From positions 1 through 63,473 of the forward strand of contig JAIPIC010000002.1 in NCBI GenBank assembly GCA_021734865.1: DNA of 63,473 nt, written 5' to 3'. The DNA comes from Candidatus Woesearchaeota archaeon. GTDB taxonomy: Archaea; Nanobdellota; Nanobdellia; Woesearchaeales; JAIPIC01. Under the pieces are notes generated by a model. It had not been told where the DNA came from. It ran no database searches and saw nothing but the letters and a program-made list of their open reading frames with translations. Position numbers and translations under genes: made by a program. This document shows, piece after piece, positions 1 through 9,040 of the stretch (its first letter is position 1; every line of letters begins with the position of its first letter).

Positions 1-106
1 GGGAATGTTACGGGTGATGTAATAAAAAATTATATTTCCCAATCTCAAGGTGCTTGGAATTTTGTGCCACAAAGAAAAGTTACTTCCTTTGCTTAATTAC
101 TTGATA

Positions 107-126
107 CCTCGGACTTCAGTCCGAGG
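107..126. terminator. GC-rich hairpin next to the 3' end of the minus-strand membrane-protein gene
   Basis: Arms CCTCGGACT / AGTCCGAGG (107-115 / 118-126) sit 5 nt from the stop codon at 131-133. TTCATTTTTT follows on the + strand. Terminator function is inferred. Confidence 0.35.
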
Positions 127-130
127 AGGT

Positions 131-796
131 TCATTTTTTAGTAATTATAATCAGGTTAATCAGTATGCAAATATAGCCTGCCAGTTCAAAAAGGCGTCCC
201 ATTACAAAAGAAAATCCCCTCTCAACAGCGAAGATGAAATCTATCTGGCTGATGCAGATAAGCACAAATGCCACCCATACTAGAAGAGATGTCTTGTTTT
301 TCTTCTCCTTGTAATTATTATAATAATATACTGCCACAAACGCAAAGAACAGTGCTGCAATTATGTGGAATTTGATTGTCAAAAGTGGCGCACTTGTGGA
401 AACCATGGCAATACCAAGGATAGCAGTCAAAAGAAGGAATACACTTATTTTCTTCACCTTCAGAGTCATATATACAAGCAAAACAAGTCCCAATAGATAG
501 AAGAAAATATGCAAATTCAATGCAACATCCATCAACCCCCTTATCTCATGCATATGAGTCATTCTCAATACATTTTCACTCATCTTGTCAATAATCAGGA
601 AACCACTAACTACCTGAACGACATATGCAAGACAAAAAAGCAAGAATGAAAGGCTAAAAAGCCTGAGTTGACTTTCTTTAGTAACCTTATAATGTTTGTA
701 TGCATAAAAGCTTACTATGAACGTGACTACAGTAAATAATATTCCTAGTATTATGTTCGGATAAATGAACCACGGTAGTACTTGATGCATAGGCAT
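131..796 (-). CDS. polytopic membrane protein, function unknown
   Basis: 221-aa ORF made almost entirely of hydrophobic helices (about 6-7). No catalytic motif recognised. Confidence 0.55.
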   Translation of the reverse strand: MPMHQVLPWFIYPNIILGILFTVVTFIVSFYAYKHYKVTKESQLRLFSLSFLLFCLAYVVQVVSGFLIIDKMSENVLRMTHMHEIRGLMDVALNLHIFFYLLGLVLLVYMTLKVKKISVFLLLTAILGIAMVSTSAPLLTIKFHIIAALFFAFVAVYYYNNYKEKKNKTSLLVWVAFVLICISQIDFIFAVERGFSFVMGRLFELAGYICILINLIIITKK

Positions 797-916
797 AGTG
801 TTCTGACAGTCTTTTTCACTTTATAAAGATTGTGAAAGATTGCTCACATTTTACCTTGATAAACGATTAATAAAGGCACCACCTAACAAACACAAATACA
901 CACGGAGGTGTTTTAC

Positions 917-1546
917 ATGAAATATATAACAATGGGAATACTGGCCCTGCTTACTGTGGGATTGATTGCTGCAAGCGTTTCGGCTTTTGGCGGACAATTC
1001 ATACAGGGTCAGAACAAGATGACTGGTATGGATGACCGGTTTGGAGGCCAGCGAGGCATGAACCAGTTGTCTACAGAAGACCGAGAACTGATCGATGCGC
1101 AGCATGAAGCAATACAGACAGCTATTGACAACGAAGATTACAGTGCATGGAGCGCTGCAGTGAACACTATGCATGAACTGAGAGCACCTGATACCTCAGA
1201 AGAGGCTTTCAACGAAATACTTGAAAGACATTCAGATATGCAATCAAACCATGAAAACATGGAAGCAATATTTGAAGCGCTTGAAGACAAAGACTACACA
1301 ACCTGGAAATCATTAGTCGATGACATGGAGCAAGTTCCTCCAATGTTTGAGCAGATAACAGAGGAAAACTTCGAGCAGTTTGCTGATATGCATACAGCAA
1401 TGCAAAATCAGGATTTTGAAACCGCTAGGGAAATTAGAGACGAGCTGGGCTTAGAAAGACCACAAGTGAAGCTAGGTCTAAATGGACAAAGCGGTATGCA
1501 TAAACTAGGAGGCATGAAAGGTCGAATGCAATTCAATCAAGGATGA
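917..1546 (+). CDS. secreted or membrane-anchored acidic Met/His-rich helical-repeat protein
   Basis: GGAGG lies 8 nt upstream of ATG 917 (the ORF track starts at GTG 908). N-terminal hydrophobic helix ILALLTVGLIAASVSAFG. Three related helix motifs (DNEDYSAWSAAV, EDKDYTTWKSLV, QNQDFETAREI). Many M and H residues. Confidence 0.55.
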   Translation: MKYITMGILALLTVGLIAASVSAFGGQFIQGQNKMTGMDDRFGGQRGMNQLSTEDRELIDAQHEAIQTAIDNEDYSAWSAAVNTMHELRAPDTSEEAFNEILERHSDMQSNHENMEAIFEALEDKDYTTWKSLVDDMEQVPPMFEQITEENFEQFADMHTAMQNQDFETAREIRDELGLERPQVKLGLNGQSGMHKLGGMKGRMQFNQG

Positions 1547-1576
1547 GGACAATCCTCATTTTTTTATTTTTTTATT
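1543..1576 (+). terminator. stem-loop plus T-tract terminator
   Basis: ATGAGGA-caa-TCCTCAT (7-bp stem containing the TGA stop) is followed by TTTTTTTATTTTTTTATT. Confidence 0.5.
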
Positions 1577-1676
1577 CAAAACCATATAGTGTCAAGCGAC
1601 AAATTTCTATGTTAACTTTATAATTTGACTATATCAAGACAAAATTTTATATATAACATTTCCTATAGTACCTTTT

Positions 1677-2084
1677 ATGGTATTGTTTCAACAGAAAATA
1701 ACTATTATCAGGATGAGGCCACCCAGTCGTCAGAATATTAATGATGGACTTCAATGGTTCGGCTCTTCCCTAGGTTTATTCAATCTGCGCGATAAAGATA
1801 AGTCTTGTTTTAGACTATTTATCGAGCTTCTAAGAGCTGCAAAAAAAAATCATGGTTTGACAAGTGATGAGTTGGCAGAACGACTGAAACTTTCTCGAGG
1901 GACAATCATACATCACCTCAATAAACTCATTGATTCTGGATTGGTGCTGACTGAAAAAAACAAATATGTTCTCAGGACAGACTCACTATCCAGTCTCGTA
2001 GATGAAGTAGAGAAAGACACCAGACGGCTTCTTGAAGATATAAAGAATACTGCATCTGTTCTTGACAGGTTCATGGATAGTTAA
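1677..2084 (+). CDS. winged-helix (ArsR/TrmB-like) transcriptional regulator
   Basis: HTH segment LTSDELAERLKLSRGTIIHHLNKLIDSGLV followed by a wing (KNKYVLR). The start is uncertain, with an alternative ATG at 1713. Confidence 0.7.
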   Translation: MVLFQQKITIIRMRPPSRQNINDGLQWFGSSLGLFNLRDKDKSCFRLFIELLRAAKKNHGLTSDELAERLKLSRGTIIHHLNKLIDSGLVLTEKNKYVLRTDSLSSLVDEVEKDTRRLLEDIKNTASVLDRFMDS

Positions 2085-2118
2085 TACAAAAAATTAACAC
2101 ATTTGATATCAAACCCTA

Positions 2119-2691
2119 ATGATAATTACTAATAATACTAAAATTTCAAGCTGCTTTTCCTCATTGATTTTCCTAATTTTTATTTTAGTCCTTTTGTTAG
2201 GTTGCACAAACAATATACAAAAATTGACTATTCATGAAATAAATGATTCTAATTGTTATAGCATTGTCGAAAAAGAGATCCGTGGCTCTTCAATGCAGCC
2301 ACTCTACAAAGACGGAGAGACCTTAAAATTAATGCAAGGTTACTACGATTGTAACCCAATTAATCGTGGAGATTTAGTTGCATTAAACATATCTGGTGAT
2401 GTCCCTTTAATAAAAAGGATTGTAGCACTGCCTTCAGACAATATTGAAATTATTAATTCAAGCCTGACAATAAATGGTCAAACTCTTACAAACTCAGAAA
2501 ACAGAGAATATATCCTTGCTCCAAACCAAGCTAAAATGATTGGCCTTTATATCAAAAATAACACTCTCGTACCAGAAGCGTATATCATCTTTGGAGACAA
2601 CCTAGTGAGTAGTCGAGATTCGCGGATTTTTGGTGGTGTTGCAAAGAAGAGTATATTGGGCAAGTTTGTTGAATCTTCAACTAACTCTTAA
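2119..2691 (+). CDS. signal peptidase I, bacterial (S26A, Ser/Lys) type
   Basis: N-terminal TM helix. LepB boxes: GSSMQP (Ser), GDLVAL, IKRIVALPSD (Lys), FGDNLVSSRDSR. Confidence 0.75.
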   Translation: MIITNNTKISSCFSSLIFLIFILVLLLGCTNNIQKLTIHEINDSNCYSIVEKEIRGSSMQPLYKDGETLKLMQGYYDCNPINRGDLVALNISGDVPLIKRIVALPSDNIEIINSSLTINGQTLTNSENREYILAPNQAKMIGLYIKNNTLVPEAYIIFGDNLVSSRDSRIFGGVAKKSILGKFVESSTNS

Positions 2692-2744
2692 AATAAAGAA
2701 AAAAGAATAAAAACAAATTTCATCAGTGGAATTCATAATAAAAT

Positions 2745-4160
2745 CTAATACCGGTAATGATCGTTCTTATACGGCCCTTCCTTCTTTACACCAATGTAAT
2801 CTGCCTGCTTATCAGTGAGCTTTGTAAGCCTTACACCAAGCTTCTCAAGATGCAATCGAGCAACTTCTTCATCTAGTTCTTTTGGTAGCATATAAACACC
2901 GATCTCATGTTCTTTTTCCCAAAGCTCAATCTGAGCCAAGACCTGGTTCGTAAATGAATTGCTCATCACAAAGCTTGGATGTCCAGTTGCATTTCCAAGG
3001 TTCACAAGCCTACCACGCGAAAGTAAAATAATACTATGCCCATCAGGGAAAACAAACTTGTCAACCTGCGGCTTAATGTTAACTTCCTTGATTCCAGGAA
3101 ACTTCTCAAGTTTCTCGACCTGAATCTCATTATCAAAATGACCTATATTGCACACAATTGCTTGGTCCTTCATCTTTTCCATGTGTTCAATCCTGATAAC
3201 ATCAGTATTACCAGTCGTAGTAACAAAAATATCAGCCTCTTGAACAGAATCTTCCAGAGTAGTGACCTTGAAACCTTCCATAGCAGCCTGTAGAGCACAA
3301 ATTGGATCAATTTCAGTTATGATAACTCTAGCACCAAATCCTCTCATGCTTTGAGCACAACCCTTTCCAACATCACCATATCCACAAACAACAACAATCT
3401 TACCAGATATCATGACATCAGTACCCCTCTTGATACCATCTGCAAGACTCTCCCTACAACCATACAGATTATCAAACTTTGACTTTGTCACAGAATCATT
3501 CACATTGATTGCAGGAAAAAGCAACTTCTTCTCCTCAAGCATCTGATAAAGCCTGTGAACACCAGTGGTCGTCTCCTCAGAAACACCTTTCAATTCCTTA
3601 ATCATGTCTGACCATCGAGATTTACTCTGATCATAAACTGATTTTAAACATCCCATCAGCTCTCTGAGATCCTCACTTTCAGAACTGAAATCCTTCTCTA
3701 GAATAGTCGGATCTTCTTCAATATCCACACCTTTATGAATCATTAATGTTGCATCCCCACCATCATCAACAATGAGATTAGGGCCTTTTCCATTTCCAAA
3801 ATCAAGGGCTTGTGCAGTGCACCACCAATACTCTTTAAGAGTCTCTCCCTTCCATGCAAAAACAGGAACACCCGCCTTGGCAATCGCTGCCGCAGCGTGA
3901 TCTTGGGTGGAATAAATATTGCAACTTGCCCATCTTACTTCTGCACCCAGTTCAACCAAAGTCTCGATAAGCACAGCAGTCTGTATAGTCATATGAAGAC
4001 TGCCCATTATCCTGCTTCCTTTCAGGGGCTTGTCAGCACCATATTTCTCCCGAACAGACATCAGACCAGGCATTTCTACCTCAGCAATATCAATCTCTTT
4101 CCGACCATATCCTGCAAGTTCAATATCAGCAACCTTGTAATCATTTTCCATACTTCTCAC
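2745..4160 (-). CDS. ahcY: adenosylhomocysteinase
   Basis: 471 aa. Start [30 protein letters not shown]-binding loop [18 protein letters not shown] and the C-terminal DHYRY are typical of AhcY. Confidence 0.95.
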   Translation of the reverse strand: MRSMENDYKVADIELAGYGRKEIDIAEVEMPGLMSVREKYGADKPLKGSRIMGSLHMTIQTAVLIETLVELGAEVRWASCNIYSTQDHAAAAIAKAGVPVFAWKGETLKEYWWCTAQALDFGNGKGPNLIVDDGGDATLMIHKGVDIEEDPTILEKDFSSESEDLRELMGCLKSVYDQSKSRWSDMIKELKGVSEETTTGVHRLYQMLEEKKLLFPAINVNDSVTKSKFDNLYGCRESLADGIKRGTDVMISGKIVVVCGYGDVGKGCAQSMRGFGARVIITEIDPICALQAAMEGFKVTTLEDSVQEADIFVTTTGNTDVIRIEHMEKMKDQAIVCNIGHFDNEIQVEKLEKFPGIKEVNIKPQVDKFVFPDGHSIILLSRGRLVNLGNATGHPSFVMSNSFTNQVLAQIELWEKEHEIGVYMLPKELDEEVARLHLEKLGVRLTKLTDKQADYIGVKKEGPYKNDHYRY

Positions 4161-4282
4161 CTATTGTTAAGTTATTTCATTCATTAATCTGAACATTTTT
4201 ATATACTTTTTGTCAAAAATACCTTAAAATCTCCAATAATTTTAAATAAGTTACCAAATATTATAAACTTGCATTGAAAATG

Positions 4283-4298
4283 TTGGACATATGTCCAA
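4283..4298. promoter_or_regulatory. perfect 16-bp palindrome in the divergent ahcY/rsmI intergenic region
   Basis: TTGGACATATGTCCAA read directly. An operator role is inferred only. Confidence 0.3.
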
Positions 4299-4342
4299 TT
4301 ATTCGACCCCCTAAATATAAGTTGACAATAATTTATCATCTG

Positions 4343-4425
4343 AAACTGAATACATGTTATAATTGAACAAATAACTGAACATGTGTTATAACTGAATAAA
4401 TGTTATAACTAGACAAATGCTATAT
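4343..4425 (+). repeat. three to four degenerate direct repeats (~17-19 nt) abutting the rsmI start
   Basis: TGTTATAATTGAACAAATA (4355), TGTTATAACTGAATAAA (4384) and TGTTATAACTAGACAAATG (4401). The last copy overlaps ATG 4417. Confidence 0.4.
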
Positions 4426-5097
4426 ATCGTATCTACCCCTATAGGAAATCTTGAAGATATTACATACAGGGCAGTCCGTGTGCTTTCAGAAGTAGATGTT
4501 TTAGCAGCAGAGGATACTCGAAGAACAGCAAAAATCCTAAATCACTATAAAATTCGCGAGCAAAACCCTTCTCTTAGGACAATTTCATACAATGACCACA
4601 ATAAAGAAGGTCGCACAAAACAAATTATCTCCTTGCTCTTGGATAATAAAACAGTTGCTCTTACAAGTGACGCTGGCACTCCCGGAATAAATGATCCTTG
4701 TTTTTATCTTGTTAGAGAAGCTCTAAAAAACAATATTACAGTATCTCCAATACCCGGCCCCACATCTCCAATTTCAGCCTTGGTCTCATCAGGACTTCCG
4801 ACAGACAGATTCACCTATTACGGATTCCTGCCAAAGAAATCAAAGGCAAGACAGGATCTTCTCTCTAGTATAACGACTGGAACATCAATATTCCTTGAGT
4901 CCCCTCATAGGATAATTAAAGCCTTAAAAGCATTGTCAGAGACTTTGCCTGATTCAACAATATGCATAGCTCGTGAGATGACCAAAGTCCATGAAGAATT
5001 TATTATGGGAATAGCCTCTGAAATATACGAGAGATACAAATCTAAAGTGCTAAGAGGTGAGATTGTACTCTTAGTCAGCCCAAAATGCAAGAAATAA
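4417..5097 (+). CDS. rsmI: 16S rRNA (cytidine-2'-O)-methyltransferase RsmI-like (tetrapyrrole-methylase fold)
   Basis: LYIVSTPIGNLEDITYRAVRVL...AAEDTRRT, SDAGTPGINDP, FYGFLPKK, ESPHR and REMTKVHEE all match RsmI hallmarks. Confidence 0.85.
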   Translation: MLYIVSTPIGNLEDITYRAVRVLSEVDVLAAEDTRRTAKILNHYKIREQNPSLRTISYNDHNKEGRTKQIISLLLDNKTVALTSDAGTPGINDPCFYLVREALKNNITVSPIPGPTSPISALVSSGLPTDRFTYYGFLPKKSKARQDLLSSITTGTSIFLESPHRIIKALKALSETLPDSTICIAREMTKVHEEFIMGIASEIYERYKSKVLRGEIVLLVSPKCKK

Positions 5098-5510
5098 ACG
5101 ATAAGGACAGAGCAATTATTCAATATCTTAAAGATAACAGTCGTGCATCCATAAGAGAAATTGCGAAAGCAACAAAACTGAGGTCAAGTACAGTTCACAA
5201 CAGGATAAAACACTTAATAAGCTCAAAAGCAATAGAAAAATTCACAATAAAATTAAATTACGAACAGACTGGCGAGAATCTCGTAGTATTTATTATGATA
5301 ACAACCATCCAATACCTTCCCAGATCATTTTTCAAAAACAAATGCATTAAAGAAGTATTTGGTATTACCGGAGAATACGATTTAATGATGAAGTGCCGAT
5401 TCACAGAAATTAAGGAATTCAATGAATTCCTACTCAAAATCAGGATGAGCCCGAATATAACCAAAACACACACTTTTGTTGCTACTACAACACTCAAGGA
5501 GGAAAATTAA
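5085..5510 (+). CDS. Lrp/AsnC family transcriptional regulator
   Basis: N-terminal HTH (DKDRAIIQYLKDNSRASIREIAKATKLRSSTVHNRIKHL) plus a C-terminal RAM-like domain. Overlaps the rsmI end by 13 nt. Confidence 0.85.
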   Translation: MQEINDKDRAIIQYLKDNSRASIREIAKATKLRSSTVHNRIKHLISSKAIEKFTIKLNYEQTGENLVVFIMITTIQYLPRSFFKNKCIKEVFGITGEYDLMMKCRFTEIKEFNEFLLKIRMSPNITKTHTFVATTTLKEEN

Positions 5511-6344
5511 ATGGAACAGTACATTGATCAAATTAAATCTAAGCTTAACGAACTCATAGGTATGCCCAAGACAATACTTACCGACCGTGGGAATTCTGCA
5601 ATCATGGAAAGTCTAAATATAGTCAAACAAATATCACAGCGTCAAAATATCCTCATCCCAGAAGAGGGAGGCTGGCTGACATATAAAAAGTACCCTGGCC
5701 GATTTGGATTAACAGTGCAAGAAGTCAAATGCAGAAACTCACAAATAGTCACTTCTGATCTGATTGATAAGTCTGGAAAAGCAGGCGCATTAATGTATAG
5801 CGAACCTGGCGGATATTTTGCATCCCAGCAGATGAAACAGATATATAACATATGTCATGAGAATCAGATTATTGTAATACTTGACATTACAGGCTGCATT
5901 GGAAGAAGGACAGATTACAGCAAATATTCTGATATGCTCTTAGCCAGCTTTGGCAAAGGAAAACCAGTAAATCTTGGTTATGGTGGTATTCTTGGAATCA
6001 AACAGTTCATTCTTGATGAGCTTGAGACTTACAAGTCATCGATGCCGCGTTTCCAGTCAGACAAGCTTGTCCCGCTCTTAAGAAAATTTGAACAGCTTGA
6101 TGCCCGATATGAATTCATCGACCGTGAAATACGGACAATAAAGAACGATCTTACAGCACATGAGATAATAGACGAAGGATCACGCGGATTGGTAGTCATT
6201 GTAAAATTCAAAGATGAGAAAGAAAAGGAGACCATCATTAATTATTGCGAAAACAATAAATATGAATATACCATTTGTCCTAGGTATATTAGGTATGGGG
6301 GTAATGCGGTAAGTATCGAGGTAAAAAGACTTGATAATTCTTAG
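5511..6344 (+). CDS. short PLP-fold-type-I-like protein (tentative)
   Basis: DRGNSAI, ILIPEEGGW, IVILDITGCIG and SFGKGKPVNLGYGGIL resemble the large domain of PLP transferases with a candidate Schiff-base Lys. At 277 aa the protein is short. Confidence 0.35.
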   Translation: MEQYIDQIKSKLNELIGMPKTILTDRGNSAIMESLNIVKQISQRQNILIPEEGGWLTYKKYPGRFGLTVQEVKCRNSQIVTSDLIDKSGKAGALMYSEPGGYFASQQMKQIYNICHENQIIVILDITGCIGRRTDYSKYSDMLLASFGKGKPVNLGYGGILGIKQFILDELETYKSSMPRFQSDKLVPLLRKFEQLDARYEFIDREIRTIKNDLTAHEIIDEGSRGLVVIVKFKDEKEKETIINYCENNKYEYTICPRYIRYGGNAVSIEVKRLDNS

Positions 6345-6394
6345 ATATGTACCATTTTGACCCTTTTAAAAACGAATAAAAATAGGTGAAAATC

Positions 6395-6790
6395 ATGAAA
6401 AAACCAGATTCAATGGATGAATGCTTATATTTCACAAGAAGAACAATAGGTGATGGCCATATTGTTGCATGGGCACTCAAAAAAGAATGCCCAGAATGTA
6501 AAAAAGCTCTAATGGGAAAGCCCATCGGGAAAGAAGGTAAAGTTAAGATAAGGGCAAGCGAGTATGTATGCCCTGAATGCGGCCACACTGAACAGAAAAA
6601 AGAACATGAGGCTACACTCACACTCAGTGTTGAATATACCTGCCCCCATTGCAAGCACAAAGGAGAGTCAGAAACAAAATATCAAAGAAAATCATTTCAG
6701 GGAGTACAGTCTTTCATAATTGCCTGTGATAATTGTGGTGAAAAGATCCCTATCACCAAGAAGATGAAAGAACCCAAGAAGAAGAAATAA
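6395..6790 (+). CDS. double zinc-ribbon protein with a Lys-rich tail
   Basis: AGGTGA lies 5 nt upstream of ATG 6395. Four CxxC pairs (CPECK, CPECG, CPHCK, CDNCG). C-terminal KKMKEPKKKK. Confidence 0.6.
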   Translation: MKKPDSMDECLYFTRRTIGDGHIVAWALKKECPECKKALMGKPIGKEGKVKIRASEYVCPECGHTEQKKEHEATLTLSVEYTCPHCKHKGESETKYQRKSFQGVQSFIIACDNCGEKIPITKKMKEPKKKK

Positions 6791-6835
6791 AACCTTTTTT
6801 GATTAATAAGGGGTAAATGATAATGTCAGAGGGAA

Positions 6836-9004
6836 ATGATAATGGATAATTTCAAAGATAAGAAGATTTGCATTACATCAGCACTTCCATATGCGAATGG
6901 AAGCATACACATTGGACACCTAGTTGAATACATTCAGACGGATGTTTTCGTCAGATTTCTCAAATTGACAGGACATGACGTCATCTACTGCTGTGCAGAC
7001 GATACACACGGCACACCTATTGAATTCAATGCCCAAAAACAAGGCATAAAACCAGAAGAACTCATCGGTAAAATTTTCAAAGAACACACGCAAGATTTCA
7101 ATGATTTCTTAATCACATTTGATAATTATTATTCAACAAATTCTCTCGAGAATAAGAAATTTAGCGAGCATATCTTCAACGAAGCAAAGAAAAAAGGGTA
7201 TATTTACCAAAAAGATATTGAATTAACATACTGTGAATCATGCAAACGCTTCCTGCCTGACAGGTTTGTCAAAGGAAAATGTCCAAAGTGTGATGCACCA
7301 GATCAATATGGGGATGTATGTGAAAAATGTAACTCAACCTATGAGACAATAGAGCTCGTTGAACCTTATTGCACAATATGCAAAGCAACTCCTATAAGAA
7401 AAGAATCAAAACATTATTTCTTCAAACTGAGCGAATTCTCTGAAAAACTTAAAGACTGGCTGAATAAAAACGAGCTGCTCCAAAAGGAAGTTAAGAATTT
7501 TGTAATGAATTGGATAGACGAAGGCCTCAAAGATTGGTGCGTCAGCAGAGATGGTCCATATTTTGGATTTAAAATTCCTGGAGAAGAAAACAAATATTTT
7601 TACGTGTGGCTGGATGCACCTATTGGATACATCGCAAGCCTTGATAATTTCCTCGCAAAAAAAGGAGGCAAAGCAGAAGACTATTGGAAAAGCCCAGACA
7701 GCTACATCATGCATTTCATAGGAAAAGACATAATATACTTTCATTTCCTGTTCTGGCCAGCCTTATTGATGGCATCTGATTTCAACCTTCCACAGAACCT
7801 TCGGGTTCACGGGTTCCTTACAGTAAACAAAGAAAAAATGTCAAAATCACGTGGGACATTTATTACAGCCAGGAAATATCTTGATACCCTTGACCCAGAG
7901 TACCTTCGTTTCTATTTCACCGGAAATCTATCCTCTCATCTTACAGATTTAGATATGGAAGTGGGGGATTTCAAGACACGCATCAACAGCGAACTGATCG
8001 CAAATATAATCAATCTAATGTATCGGACAATATCATTTGCTAACAGGAATCTTGATTCAAAGATAGGCAGACTGACTGAAGAGTCAAAGGAAGTCATATC
8101 CCAAGTGCATGAACAGCTTGAAAAGTATAAACAGCAAATGCTGACATATGAATTTAGAGAAGCAATAAAGACTATTCTACATGCCAGTTCTATTGGGAAT
8201 AAGTATTTTCAGGATAATGAACCATGGAAACTTGATGATATAGACAAAAAAAGAGAGATCATCACAGCATGCACAAATATAGTCAAGGATATCGCAATCG
8301 CACTTTGGCCAGTACTACCCAAAACCTCAGATTCAGTGCTGAAATTGTTATACCAAAAATCAAAAACCAGCGAATCAGATCAGGATGACGGATCATCAGC
8401 AATTCCAAGCTGGGACAAAATATATGACCCAATTGAAGAAATAACCCTTGGAGAGATAAAACCTCTTCTACGAAAGATAGACAAGATTGAAATATTTGAC
8501 TCACAAGACTCAGCCAAGAAGGAAACGACTCCACCCGAAGGTTTTGGCCTTCTGAATCTTAAGGTAGCCCAGATAATAGAAGCAAAACCGCACCCGGATG
8601 CAGACAAACTGATTATCTTACAACTTGACTTGGGAACAGAAAAAAGACAGATTGTCGCTGGATTACGTGAACATGTTGACATAAATGCACTTCCAGGCAA
8701 AAAAATCGTTATTGTATCCAACCTTGAGCCTGCAAAACTGAGGGGTGAAATCTCAAATGGCATGTTATTGGCAGCTGAAGAAGATGGTAATCTATCTCTT
8801 CTTGACCCCGGAGAAGCAGAATCGGGTGATCAGGTAAAAATTGATGGCATAGAACCAAACAAAGAAAATATAACATTCAAACAGTTCCTAAAAGTCAAAC
8901 TATCCATATCAGAGGAGAAAGTTTATTATAAGGGTAGTCCATTAAAAACTAATGTCGGACCGGTTACAGCACAGAATAAAACGGAAAAGGCCACAATCAG
9001 GTAA
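6836..9004 (+). CDS. metG: methionyl-tRNA synthetase with C-terminal Trbp111/EMAP-like tRNA-binding domain
   Basis: HIGH motif (YANGSIHIGHL), Zn knuckles (CESC, CPKCD, CEKC, CTIC), KMSKS, and C-terminal KVAQIIEAKPHPDADKL...VSNLEPAKLRG. Confidence 0.95.
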   Translation: MIMDNFKDKKICITSALPYANGSIHIGHLVEYIQTDVFVRFLKLTGHDVIYCCADDTHGTPIEFNAQKQGIKPEELIGKIFKEHTQDFNDFLITFDNYYSTNSLENKKFSEHIFNEAKKKGYIYQKDIELTYCESCKRFLPDRFVKGKCPKCDAPDQYGDVCEKCNSTYETIELVEPYCTICKATPIRKESKHYFFKLSEFSEKLKDWLNKNELLQKEVKNFVMNWIDEGLKDWCVSRDGPYFGFKIPGEENKYFYVWLDAPIGYIASLDNFLAKKGGKAEDYWKSPDSYIMHFIGKDIIYFHFLFWPALLMASDFNLPQNLRVHGFLTVNKEKMSKSRGTFITARKYLDTLDPEYLRFYFTGNLSSHLTDLDMEVGDFKTRINSELIANIINLMYRTISFANRNLDSKIGRLTEESKEVISQVHEQLEKYKQQMLTYEFREAIKTILHASSIGNKYFQDNEPWKLDDIDKKREIITACTNIVKDIAIALWPVLPKTSDSVLKLLYQKSKTSESDQDDGSSAIPSWDKIYDPIEEITLGEIKPLLRKIDKIEIFDSQDSAKKETTPPEGFGLLNLKVAQIIEAKPHPDADKLIILQLDLGTEKRQIVAGLREHVDINALPGKKIVIVSNLEPAKLRGEISNGMLLAAEEDGNLSLLDPGEAESGDQVKIDGIEPNKENITFKQFLKVKLSISEEKVYYKGSPLKTNVGPVTAQNKTEKATIR

Positions 9005-9040
9005 AATCTCCTGAAGGATTCCGGTTTAGAGGTAACAGAC

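Noticed and set aside
50-283. 77-aa plus-strand ORF
   Set aside because: It overlaps the 3' part of the far more convincing minus-strand membrane-protein gene (131-796) and spans the terminator-like hairpin. It has no RBS or motif.
3036-4187. Plus-strand ORFs of 85 and 125 aa inside ahcY
   Set aside because: They are antisense shadows of a strongly supported conserved gene, and their sequences are low-complexity.
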